The translations under genes were made by a program, and so were the position numbers. The notes beneath the pieces are model-generated. The model was given only the letters and a program-made list of their open reading frames with translations. It was not told the origin of the DNA and ran no database searches. Below, piece after piece: positions 45,595-55,232 of a stretch of 64,000 nt of DNA (position 1 is its first letter; each line of letters starts with the position of its first letter). This DNA comes from Candidatus Hadarchaeales archaeon (lineage in GTDB: Archaea; Hadarchaeota; Hadarchaeia; Hadarchaeales; Hadarchaeaceae), in NCBI GenBank assembly GCA_038823825.1, contig JAWBCC010000003.1:69351-133350 (forward strand). The letters are read 5' to 3'.

Positions 45595-46790
45595 AGTTTC
45601 TTTTTCATGGTGAGTTCAATCATTTTTTCAATTTCCATTTTAAGCGGTTCTGGGAGATCTGTGAGAATATTCGGATTCATAAAACCCTTCACTATGAGAG
45701 ATCTTGCCTCGTCTTCTGAGAAGCCACGAGACATGAGGTAAAAAATTTGTTCCTCCGCGATCTTTCCCACCGCCGCCTCATGTGAGAGTTCCGTCCCCTC
45801 GACCTCGGCTATAAGTTCCGGAAACGCTCTGATCACAGCACCTTCTGAAAGTATCAATCCCATGCACTCCAGGTGCCCCCGACTCTCCTTATCTTTCCCG
45901 ATTAGCAGTCCCCTGGCAGTCATATCAGCCCGGTCGGCCGCAACAGATCTCGAAATTATTTCACCCCTACTTTTCTTTCCTTCCAAGAGTATCTTTGTCC
46001 CAGCGTCTATCTTAGATTCTCCAGAGCCGTAGATTATGGAATTGAAAACAGCTCTTGACCCATCCCCGCGACAGTAGGCGGTTGGAAACATCTGTAGACT
46101 TCTGACAGGCTTCAACGAAACATAGTTGCTCACAAACGTAGCACCATCTTCGAGCAATACTCCGGTTCTCGGTCTGACAATCAGTTCTTCTCCCCACGCG
46201 TGGATCATCGTGAATGTCAGTTTTGCGTTTTCTTTGACGAAAAATTCGGAAATTCCAACGTGTAGCCCACTGCGAACATTTGGATGCACGGTACAACCGG
46301 TTATTATATGTGCTTCCGACCCTGGCTCGGCGAGTATCACATTGTGTACATTTTGGTCCAAATTGTTTGTGGAGATGAAAAGACATGCTTGTAGTGGCAG
46401 CGTTATTTTTTGATTTTCAAAAATCCTGATGAAATAACCGTTGTCCCATTCATTTGCTGCCAATCGGGTGTATTCATCCGCTTCTTTGTCGATGATCGAC
46501 CAGACAAATTTTTCAAGCCATTTATATTTTTTCATGGCATCCCTCACGCTCATGATTTCAGCCTTTCCTTCGAAAGCTTTCTGGATCCTTGAGAACACAA
46601 CAGAATGATCTATCTGAAAATACGCCCCGGATCTATCATTCATATCTGGCCTAACTCCGACCTCTTGCGCTCTTTCAGCTATATCCCTTGGGAGCTCAGA
46701 AAGCTGGCAGGGACCCCAAGCCTTAGCTGTTCTCTTAAATTTCCACCCCTCGCCAATCAACACCTCTTCTCCAGACATTTTTCGCACCAT
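45591..46790 (-). CDS. sufB: Fe-S cluster assembly protein SufB/SufD family
   Basis: 399 aa with the SufBD beta-helix core. Directly downstream of sufC, with overlap. Confidence 0.75.
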   Translation of the reverse strand: MVRKMSGEEVLIGEGWKFKRTAKAWGPCQLSELPRDIAERAQEVGVRPDMNDRSGAYFQIDHSVVFSRIQKAFEGKAEIMSVRDAMKKYKWLEKFVWSIIDKEADEYTRLAANEWDNGYFIRIFENQKITLPLQACLFISTNNLDQNVHNVILAEPGSEAHIITGCTVHPNVRSGLHVGISEFFVKENAKLTFTMIHAWGEELIVRPRTGVLLEDGATFVSNYVSLKPVRSLQMFPTAYCRGDGSRAVFNSIIYGSGESKIDAGTKILLEGKKSRGEIISRSVAADRADMTARGLLIGKDKESRGHLECMGLILSEGAVIRAFPELIAEVEGTELSHEAAVGKIAEEQIFYLMSRGFSEDEARSLIVKGFMNPNILTDLPEPLKMEIEKMIELTMKKKL

Positions 46791-47551
46791 TTGTATCCGT
46801 TTCTCATTATTTGGTTAAAGATCTTCTCAGGATCGCCACTGCAAGCGACGGTACCATTTATAATAACGTGTGCCCTGTGAACTCTTACATGTTTCAAAAT
46901 GTGCCCCGTGTGTGTGACAAGTAAACCGCTTCTTTCTTCGAGGAATTCTCCTATGATCCTACCTATCGCGTGTAAGTTCTCTACGTCGACCCCCGAATCT
47001 GGTTCATCAAATATAGCAAACTTCGGATTTTGTGCCATTACCTGCAGGATCTCCGAACGCTTGATTTCACCGCCCGAAAATCCTACATTGAGATCGCGTT
47101 CTAGAATCTCCTGCGATAGGTTAAGACTTCGCGTCAATCCAAGTATTCTCTCCTCATTACTCAGTCTGGTTACAATGGTTTTCAGTTTGACACCTTTCAC
47201 GGCGGGTGGCGACTGATAGGCTACGCCAAGCCCAAGTTTAACGCGTTCATTAAGCGGCAGGTTCGTTATATCTCGACCGTCAAAGATTATTCTCCCGCTT
47301 ACAACTTTGTAAGCTGGGTGACCGAGAATACTCATAATCAGCGAAGACTTCCCTGAACCATTAGGTCCGAAGATCACATGTACTTCTCCGCTAGGAATTT
47401 CTAACTCTACATCGTGAAGTATTTTCCTTCCAGCGATTTCAACTGAAAGTTTTTCGATCTTCAACATGTCCATAAAAACTCTGTCAATTTCGTTTATATG
47501 AATGAAGTTTCTTTCTCGAAGCAGAGATATTAACATACGTTGTGTGAACAT
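46757..47551 (-). CDS. sufC: Fe-S cluster assembly ATPase SufC
   Basis: Walker A GPNGSGKSSL. ABC signature FSGGEIKRSEIL. Walker B FAIFDEPDSG. H-loop. Confidence 0.85.
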   Translation of the reverse strand: MFTQRMLISLLRERNFIHINEIDRVFMDMLKIEKLSVEIAGRKILHDVELEIPSGEVHVIFGPNGSGKSSLIMSILGHPAYKVVSGRIIFDGRDITNLPLNERVKLGLGVAYQSPPAVKGVKLKTIVTRLSNEERILGLTRSLNLSQEILERDLNVGFSGGEIKRSEILQVMAQNPKFAIFDEPDSGVDVENLHAIGRIIGEFLEERSGLLVTHTGHILKHVRVHRAHVIINGTVACSGDPEKIFNQIMRNGYKWCEKCLEKRC

Positions 47552-47556
47552 TCATT

Positions 47557-48165
47557 GTGCAGCCAGAGGTTGTTTTCGTCGGCAGGTCGAATGTTGGCAA
47601 GTCCAGCCTGATAAGAGCACTTACGGGACTGCAGGTCAGAGTGGGAAGAAGACCCGGACTCACTAGGAGAATTTTGAGGTATCCTCTTGATGGTCTCTCG
47701 ATTGTTGATATGCCAGGTTTTGGCTTCATGGCTGGTTTACCCAGAAAAGTTCAAGAAAAAGTAAAAACGCAAATTGTCAGATATCTGGAGGGGAATAAGG
47801 AAAAGATACTCTTTGCCATAGAGGTTCTCGATGTCAGAGCGTTTTTAGAAATATGCAAGCGATGGGAGAAAAGAAACCAGATTCCAGTGGATGTTGAGAT
47901 GTTTTATTTCCTCGATGAGTTGGGTCTTGATCCGATTTTGGCGATCAACAAAATTGACATCATCCATCCGCTAGATAGAGATTTCATTTTGGATGCTATT
48001 TGCGAAAAACTTGGTATGTTGCCTCCTTGGCGGCAATGGCTAGACATAGTAGTTCCAGTTTCAGCGAGAACTGGCGAGGGCCTAAAGGAGCTTCGAGCTC
48101 TTATACTCGATAGGCTCAAAAGAAAGAAAGCGGAACATTTGATAAAGTGTTTTAAGAAGTTCTGA
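47557..48165 (+). CDS. engB: GTP-binding protein EngB/YihA family
   Basis: G1 VVFVGRSNVGKSSLIRALTG. G3 DMPGFG. G4 NKID. Confidence 0.75.
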   Translation: MQPEVVFVGRSNVGKSSLIRALTGLQVRVGRRPGLTRRILRYPLDGLSIVDMPGFGFMAGLPRKVQEKVKTQIVRYLEGNKEKILFAIEVLDVRAFLEICKRWEKRNQIPVDVEMFYFLDELGLDPILAINKIDIIHPLDRDFILDAICEKLGMLPPWRQWLDIVVPVSARTGEGLKELRALILDRLKRKKAEHLIKCFKKF

Positions 48166-49048
48166 TTTCGGAAAACGCAGGCACTTTAACCATTTTTTCC
48201 AGAATCGTGGAAAGATCGAAGGGGAGCTTTTCACCTTTTCTCAAATTCTCAACTGCGAGAAGGGTTTCCAATCCTATTTTTATCATGTCTTCCTCCAGCT
48301 TTGATTTCTTGATATCTTCCTTAAGCTCTATGGGTCCACTCTCTCCGGGCGATGCGAGAATCGCGAGAATCTCGCCCACGCGAATTTTCCCGGCTCTTTT
48401 CATCTGATAGAAATCTCTGAGAATACAGTAGACAGAAAACTCCATTGAGCTTGCAAGTACTCCCATTTGCTTGTATGAGTCAAGCTTGGGTTTCAAGATC
48501 TCGTAGAGAGGAGAGAAATATGGTGTTTCTCTGAAGTATAAGTCATCTTTAACGTGTGTGATACCAATCCATAGATTTCGCAAAAATTCATAGCCGTACA
48601 TTTCCGCGGTTCCCACAATTATCGGAACCAGTTCTGGATCGGCAATCGCTGGAAATTCTGCTCCGACCACGGCTTGGGTGGTTCTCTCATCCCTCACACA
48701 ACCAGTTGTTATAACAAGATGACCTGGCTTGACAAAGTTTTGAAGTGCGCCAGCTGTACCGAGTCTTAAAATCGTTAATGGACCTTCTGTCAATTCGATA
48801 GCTTCTGGGAGAGTTATCGCAGCACTCGCCGGACCCATACCCGTTGCGAAAGCAGAAACCATGATTCCCTTGTATTCGCCGTGAACTACGGTCAGACCTC
48901 TGTCTCCATCGATTATCTCCGAATTTTTAAGATACTTGCTGATTTTTCTCACTCTTCCTGGAGATCCGGCTGTAAGAATATTTGGGTAAAATTTTTCAGA
49001 CTCGAGGTGATATGCCTTGCCAGTAGGTGTTTTGAAAGTTATCCTCAT
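48152..49048 (-). CDS. Nucleoside phosphorylase (PNP/UDP-1 family; purine nucleoside or uridine phosphorylase)
   Basis: Start taken at MRITFKTPTGKAYHL (the ATG at 49048 has a GGAGG RBS). Motifs SPGRV, MGPASAAI and MEFSV. Confidence 0.65.
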   Translation of the reverse strand: MRITFKTPTGKAYHLESEKFYPNILTAGSPGRVRKISKYLKNSEIIDGDRGLTVVHGEYKGIMVSAFATGMGPASAAITLPEAIELTEGPLTILRLGTAGALQNFVKPGHLVITTGCVRDERTTQAVVGAEFPAIADPELVPIIVGTAEMYGYEFLRNLWIGITHVKDDLYFRETPYFSPLYEILKPKLDSYKQMGVLASSMEFSVYCILRDFYQMKRAGKIRVGEILAILASPGESGPIELKEDIKKSKLEEDMIKIGLETLLAVENLRKGEKLPFDLSTILEKMVKVPAFSEIRTS

Positions 49049-49098
49049 TTCCTCCTTATAAATTTTGTCTGCAATGTTAATAAACCACAAGAAGTAAG

Positions 49099-49632
49099 AT
49101 GTTTGAAGGAATGGGGAAATTAGAAATAACGCTTCTGGTTGGAGATCTAACAAAGCAGGAGGCCGACGCGATTACGAATCCTGCCAACAGTTTGATGTTC
49201 ATGGGCGGGGGTGCAGCCGGAGCTCTGAAAAAAGCAGGAGGAGAAGAGATAGAAAAAGAAGCTCGGATGAAGGCGCCCATACCAGTGGGAAAGGCAGTGG
49301 CAACGACTGCGGGTAGACTGAAAGCGAAATTTGTCATTCATGCCCCCACGATGGAACGTCCTGCCATGCCAACAACTAGAGAAAAGGTCTATCTTGCCAC
49401 AAAGGCTGCAATAGAATGTGCTGACGAGGTTGGCGCAAAGAGTTTAGTGATCCCCGGAATGGGCACAGGAGTGGGTGGTTTATCTTTTGAGGAGGCCGCG
49501 GAGGCAATGATTTCCGCTATCAAAGAGATTTCTAAGAAATTAAAAAATCTTCAAAAAATAATTCTTTGTGACATAAACGAGCAAATGGTCAAAGCTTGGA
49601 GAAAGGAACTAGAGCGGCAAGGTTTACTTTGA
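49099..49632 (+). CDS. Macro-domain (ADP-ribose-binding/processing) protein
   Basis: DAITNPANSLMFMGGGAAGALKKAGG with IPGMGTGVGGLSFEE are the canonical Macro-domain motifs. Confidence 0.8.
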   Translation: MFEGMGKLEITLLVGDLTKQEADAITNPANSLMFMGGGAAGALKKAGGEEIEKEARMKAPIPVGKAVATTAGRLKAKFVIHAPTMERPAMPTTREKVYLATKAAIECADEVGAKSLVIPGMGTGVGGLSFEEAAEAMISAIKEISKKLKNLQKIILCDINEQMVKAWRKELERQGLL

Positions 49633-50313
49633 GAATTCTACAACCTCGAGCAGATCTGCAATGCTTTTAATCACCGCATCGGGCCCATATTTCTCTAGCA
49701 ACTCGCGTCGCATCAGCCCAGTCAAGACCGCGACAGTTTTTGCTCCAACCTTTTTCCCATCTCTGATGTCGTTCCAGTAGTCTCCGACTATTACGCATTC
49801 CTGCGGTTTGACGCCTAGCTTTTCAATCGCAATCCTAAAGATTTCTTCCTTGGAGAAGTGATGTTTTTCATTCAGGTCTTTTATAGCATCCCTGCCCGTC
49901 ACGATCGTGTCCACAAATTCTCCAAGACCGAGCGAATCTAACTCTAGCTTTAATCTTTGGGCAGGGAGAATGCAGCTTGTGATGACGGCAATGGGAATTC
50001 CCTTTTCCTTAAGTTTTTTGAGAGTTTCTAAACTTCCATTGATCGGTTTGTTTCCCGCATCCTCCTCTCTGTATCTCTCCAAAAATTTCAGCCAGAACTT
50101 GTGCAAGTCTGTTTCAGGTCCGAGTCTTTCTAGAATCACATCATCAAGTGTGTCGTCGATGTACCTCTTCAGAAACTCGTCCCAGCTGATAGTTTTCCCA
50201 CCCTCTTGTGCGATGAGTTCGTTGAAGACCACGAAAAACCTAGGAAGAGTATCAACGAGAGTCCCATCGGTGTCGAAAATTACAGCCTTAGCTTGGATTT
50301 TTTGACTAGACAT
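49624..50313 (-). CDS. HAD-superfamily hydrolase (phosphatase)
   Basis: Motif I VIFDTDGTLVDT. Motif III/IV region GDYWNDIRDG. Confidence 0.75.
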   Translation of the reverse strand: MSSQKIQAKAVIFDTDGTLVDTLPRFFVVFNELIAQEGGKTISWDEFLKRYIDDTLDDVILERLGPETDLHKFWLKFLERYREEDAGNKPINGSLETLKKLKEKGIPIAVITSCILPAQRLKLELDSLGLGEFVDTIVTGRDAIKDLNEKHHFSKEEIFRIAIEKLGVKPQECVIVGDYWNDIRDGKKVGAKTVAVLTGLMRRELLEKYGPDAVIKSIADLLEVVEFSK

Positions 50314-50416
50314 GACGGGTCCCTTTAATCCTAGTTCTCAACACTTCATGAAGTTTTAAACTTTTTCATGTCTTGAAAAAGAATAAAAAACAAAGACGCA
50401 TTAGTCAAAGGGTGAG

Positions 50417-51172
50417 TTGATGGAAAGAAGAAACGCCATAAATCTGATCTCAGGTGGGGTAGACTCCGTTACTACTGCCTATTACGTCAACAAAGTTTTG
50501 AAGCCAGCCAAGCAGCTTCTCATATTCTGCAACTACGGACAAAGGACATATGTTGAGGAGGAGTTTTGCATAAAAAAGATTTCGGAGCTTTTGGGTGTTC
50601 CGCTCAAAATAATCGATCTCCGCTGGCTCGGGGAGATAAGCACATCTCTGCTCACGAAGCCAGACGTGCCTATCCCGGAAACGAAAACAGAAGATCTTTG
50701 GGATCCGGACAAAGCAAAACAAAGAATACTACGATGGTGGGACCCATGCAGGAATGCGATTCTTCTTCTCGTGGGTCTTGCACATGCGGAATCCTTCTAT
50801 ATTTCAAAGGGAGAAAGATATGATGTTTACATTGGAATAAGACGGGAGACTCCTGTGAGGATGAAGGATAATACCCCCGAATTCATGGATGAGATGAACA
50901 GACTCGCAGAACATGCGACCCATCACGGTGGATATAGACTACTTGCTCCACTGATCGAGCATGACAAGGACATGGTCGTGAAGCTAGGCGAGTCTCTTGG
51001 AGTTCCTTGGGAATACACGTACAGCTGTTATCAGGGCGGTGGACTTAAAGATGTGGGTGGGAGGATTCTGCCCGTCCACTGTGGAATCTGCTCAAATTGC
51101 AGAAGAAGGGCCATAGCTTTTAAAGATGCAGGCGTCAAGGATCCAAGCATCTACGCAAAACCGCCCATCTAG
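50417..51172 (+). CDS. queC: 7-cyano-7-deazaguanine synthase QueC
   Basis: PP-loop LISGGVDSVTTA. C-terminal zinc site CGICSNCRRR. Confidence 0.8.
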   Translation: MMERRNAINLISGGVDSVTTAYYVNKVLKPAKQLLIFCNYGQRTYVEEEFCIKKISELLGVPLKIIDLRWLGEISTSLLTKPDVPIPETKTEDLWDPDKAKQRILRWWDPCRNAILLLVGLAHAESFYISKGERYDVYIGIRRETPVRMKDNTPEFMDEMNRLAEHATHHGGYRLLAPLIEHDKDMVVKLGESLGVPWEYTYSCYQGGGLKDVGGRILPVHCGICSNCRRRAIAFKDAGVKDPSIYAKPPI

Positions 51173-51193
51173 AATCGATTAAACTTAAACATC

Positions 51194-52372
51194 GTGAATG
51201 TTTTTCGGGGGATAGATCTGGAAGTCATTGAGATTCGGAAATGGACGGATGGTTCAGAAGAGAAAATAAAGAGGTCGCTGGCAGAGAAAAAAATCGTCGC
51301 AATACTATGTGATGTTCCACTCGTGGAGGAAATGGAAATAAAGAAAGCTGATGATGGGCTTCTTCTCGGTCCTTGTTGTTCATTCTCGCTTATCAACGGC
51401 AAGGGCGTGGGAATATGGAACGAGATCAAAAAAGGACCAATTGGGCTTATCGGAAGTTCCTCAAGCGGTCTCAGGATGTTGGCTTGCATGCTCTCGGAAG
51501 TGGGAATATCACATGCCATACATGTGGGATGGCGGGATTTCTCCCAGGCGATCGGAGGTCTCTCAACGATAAAAGCTCTAAAGTTTCTTAAGGAAGATCC
51601 CGATACAGAATGTATAGCAGTCATCGGAGTTCTGCCAAACCAGCAAGTTGTGAAGAGAATAATGAAGGAGACGGAGGGCGATAAACCAGTGCTTTTTCTT
51701 TTTCTGGGTTATAAAGCTGAGGAATTGCAGACTCTTGAGAAATTTGCTCAGAGGGTGGCTCAAATAGTTGGTTGCGAGTTAAAACCTGAGCCATCAGACG
51801 AGAAACTTGAAAAGTTTGCGGAAGAAGAAGCCTCCAAGCTTGCATACGGGCAAAAATACGTAAGGGGCATTTTTTCTGGAAGGTTCGCTTGTGTCGAAGC
51901 TCAGCTGATCCTGTCGTGGTTTGGTAAAACGGTTTATTCAAACGTTCCACTTAAACCGCGACTCAGGCTTCCGGATCCGACTTCTAGTCAGGGGCATACG
52001 TTTGTTGATATTTCCATGCCGGAGCCCAGTCCAGGGGTCAACCCGATTGTTGATCCAAGCCCCTACGTGGAGAGAATTGTTAGGGAAGCGAAAGATGAGC
52101 AGATCGGCGCCTTGGTTTTTGACATTGTTTTGGGTCATGGTGCTCACGAGGATCCTGCATCAGTCCTCTCTGAGGCGGTCATCAAAGCTCGCAGAGTTTG
52201 CGAGTCTACTATGGGATATCTTCCGGTTTTTGCCACCATAGTCGGAACGGATAAGGACCCCCAAAATCTAAGCAAGCAGAGGAAGAAATTGGAAGAAACA
52301 GAGGTGATTTTGACATCTTCGACATCTAGAGCTATCACATTGGCCGCCATGACTGCGGGGTTTCAAAAATGA
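51194..52372 (+). CDS. FdrA-like protein (succinyl-CoA-synthetase-alpha-like CoA-binding superfamily)
   Basis: GLIGSSSSG and VGISHAIHVGWRDFS resemble the SucD/FdrA phosphohistidine-loop region (ISQAIGVGGRD). Confidence 0.45.
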   Translation: MNVFRGIDLEVIEIRKWTDGSEEKIKRSLAEKKIVAILCDVPLVEEMEIKKADDGLLLGPCCSFSLINGKGVGIWNEIKKGPIGLIGSSSSGLRMLACMLSEVGISHAIHVGWRDFSQAIGGLSTIKALKFLKEDPDTECIAVIGVLPNQQVVKRIMKETEGDKPVLFLFLGYKAEELQTLEKFAQRVAQIVGCELKPEPSDEKLEKFAEEEASKLAYGQKYVRGIFSGRFACVEAQLILSWFGKTVYSNVPLKPRLRLPDPTSSQGHTFVDISMPEPSPGVNPIVDPSPYVERIVREAKDEQIGALVFDIVLGHGAHEDPASVLSEAVIKARRVCESTMGYLPVFATIVGTDKDPQNLSKQRKKLEETEVILTSSTSRAITLAAMTAGFQK

Positions 52373-53229
52373 TAGTAAAATTTAAACCGGTGATTTTGCC
52401 GGTTATCACAAAATGGGTTGCGGAAAAAATTCTCAAATCCGGCGATGGAGAGTTAGAGGTCTCTCTCGATCTCGGTTTATCAAAAGCAAAAGTGACTATC
52501 TCCGGTGGTTTGGTCAGTCTTCCAACTGGCGATGTTATCAGTTTGAAAGTTTTAGAAAAATTGGAAGAGGGGGACGTTTACATTGTTCGCGAAAACGAGA
52601 TTTTCAAGGCAGAGTTTTTTGCCGAAGGTAAGTATTATCGATTGTTTGCTCCTTATCCAGAAGATGCTCCAACACTAGAAATCTCCGGAATAAGAATGCA
52701 TAGGACGGAAGAAGTGACTCCATGGGAGGATGCAAAGATGAAAGTGGTATCCATAAAGGTTTTCCCCAATGCATCCGTGCTGGATATAGGAACCGGGCTG
52801 GGTTACACGGCCATATGGTCGATCAACTTCGGTGCTTCCTCCATAATGACAATTGAAAAAGACCAGAATGTTTTAAAAATGGCGGAGATTAACCCTTGGT
52901 CGAGGAAGCTCGCCGATACAAGAATAACCATCCTACTCGGAGACGCGTCGGAGTTGATCGAAAAATTCGACGATTGTTTGTTCGACAGAGTGATAAACGA
53001 TCCTCCCCGCTTTGCCTTGGCAGGAGAACTCTACAGCCGGGAGTTTTATTATGAGATTTTCAGGGTTTTAAAACCAAAAGGGTGGCTTTATCACTACGTC
53101 GGAGAACCAGGGAAACGGAGAAGAAAGGACATACCGGCAGGAGTTATAAAAAGGTTAAAGGAGTGCGGTTTTGAAAAAATCCGTAGGCAGGATGTAGGAA
53201 TCGTAGCCAGAAAACCGGCAGGTGTCTGA
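52369..53229 (+). CDS. Class I SAM-dependent methyltransferase with an N-terminal accessory domain
   Basis: Motif I VLDIGTGLGYTA. A VINDPP(R) motif reminiscent of (D/N)PP(F/Y) amino-methyltransferases. Confidence 0.55.
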   Translation: MIVKFKPVILPVITKWVAEKILKSGDGELEVSLDLGLSKAKVTISGGLVSLPTGDVISLKVLEKLEEGDVYIVRENEIFKAEFFAEGKYYRLFAPYPEDAPTLEISGIRMHRTEEVTPWEDAKMKVVSIKVFPNASVLDIGTGLGYTAIWSINFGASSIMTIEKDQNVLKMAEINPWSRKLADTRITILLGDASELIEKFDDCLFDRVINDPPRFALAGELYSREFYYEIFRVLKPKGWLYHYVGEPGKRRRKDIPAGVIKRLKECGFEKIRRQDVGIVARKPAGV

Positions 53230-53908
53230 TTTGGTCAGAAAGAAAAGAAATGGACGCATCATAGATTTCATACCGGGAATATTCGGGTCCATGGTTTTTG
53301 TTTTGCTCTGCATTCTGTTTTTCGTCAGTGGATTCAAAGGGGAATCATCTTACTTGAGTCTTTCATTGGATAAGCCATGGGGAATTTTTACGTCGACCTA
53401 CGTGCATGCGGATTTTAATCATCTCTGGAACAATATTTCGGCCATCCTAATTTTCTCATCAATGATTTTCGTCGTAAACATGTGGGTACCTAAAAAAATC
53501 AGAAAAACCATAAGTTCGACTATGCTTGTTCTTCTTTTCTTCACCGGACCTCTGGTGGGTTCCTTAGAGTATCTGATTTGGCTAGCTACTAGTAGTTTTG
53601 ACGTTTCTTCGGTTGGAGCTTCCGATGTCGTCTATGCGGTCTCTGCTCTCGCTCTGGTTTCATTTGGTCTAAACATTCCGATTTTCTGGAAGGTGTCATC
53701 TGGGCGCAGAAAAAGTCGTGCTGCGACCTTTCTTTTTATCGTCGGGATTTTCATAGTTTTTATTTTCTTCTTTTCACTCATACAATCCCCGGAGGTTTTT
53801 TTCAGTGTGGCTCCTGGCGTTGACGTTTTAGCGCATGTCTTTGGCTTTATCATAGGGCTACTCGTTTCCTTCCGTTTTCTCCTTCCGGTTTACCGGCGGC
53901 TGATGTAG
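53222..53908 (+). CDS. Rhomboid-like membrane protein (second paralogue)
   Basis: Six TM segments. HADFNHLWNN. VGASDVVYAV (Ser in GxS context). LAHVFGFIIG (His motif). Confidence 0.55.
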   Translation: MSDLVRKKRNGRIIDFIPGIFGSMVFVLLCILFFVSGFKGESSYLSLSLDKPWGIFTSTYVHADFNHLWNNISAILIFSSMIFVVNMWVPKKIRKTISSTMLVLLFFTGPLVGSLEYLIWLATSSFDVSSVGASDVVYAVSALALVSFGLNIPIFWKVSSGRRKSRAATFLFIVGIFIVFIFFFSLIQSPEVFFSVAPGVDVLAHVFGFIIGLLVSFRFLLPVYRRLM

Positions 53909-53946
53909 TTTCCGTTTTTTAGGAAGACCGCAAAAGGATAATTGTT

Positions 53947-55203
53947 ATGACGACAAAGGACGCGAAATTCCGCTACCAGTTCAAGAAGATGGTGGAGGAA
54001 CTGGAGGCTTTCAGGGGCAGGGGAACCGAGTTGATATCAGTATATATCCCACCCGATTTCGACATGGCGAAAGTTCTTCAGCAGCTCAGAGAAGAGTATG
54101 GTACGGCAGCGAACATAAAGTCGAAGTCTACACGAAAAAACGTCCAAGCCGCAATTGAGAGAATAATCCAGTTCCTCCAAAGTTATATGAGAACGAATAA
54201 AAAGCCACCCGAGACCGGGCTAGCAATCTTTGCAGGAAACGTTGCAGAAAGGGAAGACTATACGGATATCCAGCTCTACTGGATAGAACCACCGGAGCCC
54301 ATAACAACGAGACTCTACAGATGTGATCAACAGTTTGTCGTAGAACCCTTGAAAGAAATGCTGGAAGTTAAAGAGACACTCGGGGTGCTCGTTATGGACG
54401 GAAACGAGGCAACAATTGCTACTGTGCGGGGAAAGCACGTAGAAATCGTCAGGAGATTGACTTCCGGAATTCCCGGAAAGCACAGTAAAGGGGGGCAGTC
54501 AGCCAGGAGATTTGAAAGATTACGGGAAATAGCCACACATGAGTATCACAAGAGGGTGGCGGAAGCGGCGGCCGAAGTTTTCTTGCAGATTCCGGATCTG
54601 AAACGCATTTTGATCGGTGGTCCTGGTCCGCATAAGGAGGATTTTCTGAAGGAGGAGCTTCTCCATCCGGAACTCAAAAAGAAAATCGCCGCTGTAATCG
54701 ATACAGGATACACAGATGAGCAAGGTGTGAAGGAGGTCGTCAATAAGGCCGAGGAGGTTTTGGGCGAACTTGAGATAGTGCAGGAAAAAAAGATTTTTCA
54801 AAAATTCATGGAGGAAGTTGCCAAAGAATCTGGCTTGGCTGTTTATGGTAAGGAAAAAGTGAGGGAAGCCCTTGAGCACGGTTTGGTCGATACTCTTCTG
54901 ATATCTGAGGCGTTTGGTGAGGTTACAGCAACCATAAGATGTCTAAATTGTAATAATCAGTTTCAGAAAACCGTGAAAAACATTGAAACCCTGAAAAGAC
55001 AGCTTCTCTCACAGGAGTGCTCCGTCTGTGGAGAAAAACAATTGCAGATCGTGGAGACAAAAGACGCAGTCCGAGAGTTCCTTGATTTAGCCGAAAGATT
55101 CAACGCGAACGTACACTTCATCTCCACTGAAACGGAGGAGGGGGAGCAATTTTATAGAGGGTTCGGTGGAATCGCCGCGATTTTGAGATATAAAACAGCA
55201 TAA
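53947..55203 (+). CDS. prf1: Peptide chain release factor aRF1
   Basis: NIKS motif (ANIKSKSTRKNV). GGQ motif (GGQSARRFERLRE). 418 aa. Confidence 0.9.
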   Translation: MTTKDAKFRYQFKKMVEELEAFRGRGTELISVYIPPDFDMAKVLQQLREEYGTAANIKSKSTRKNVQAAIERIIQFLQSYMRTNKKPPETGLAIFAGNVAEREDYTDIQLYWIEPPEPITTRLYRCDQQFVVEPLKEMLEVKETLGVLVMDGNEATIATVRGKHVEIVRRLTSGIPGKHSKGGQSARRFERLREIATHEYHKRVAEAAAEVFLQIPDLKRILIGGPGPHKEDFLKEELLHPELKKKIAAVIDTGYTDEQGVKEVVNKAEEVLGELEIVQEKKIFQKFMEEVAKESGLAVYGKEKVREALEHGLVDTLLISEAFGEVTATIRCLNCNNQFQKTVKNIETLKRQLLSQECSVCGEKQLQIVETKDAVREFLDLAERFNANVHFISTETEEGEQFYRGFGGIAAILRYKTA

Positions 55204-55232
55204 ACTTCATCCACACAGGACATTCCGAGAAG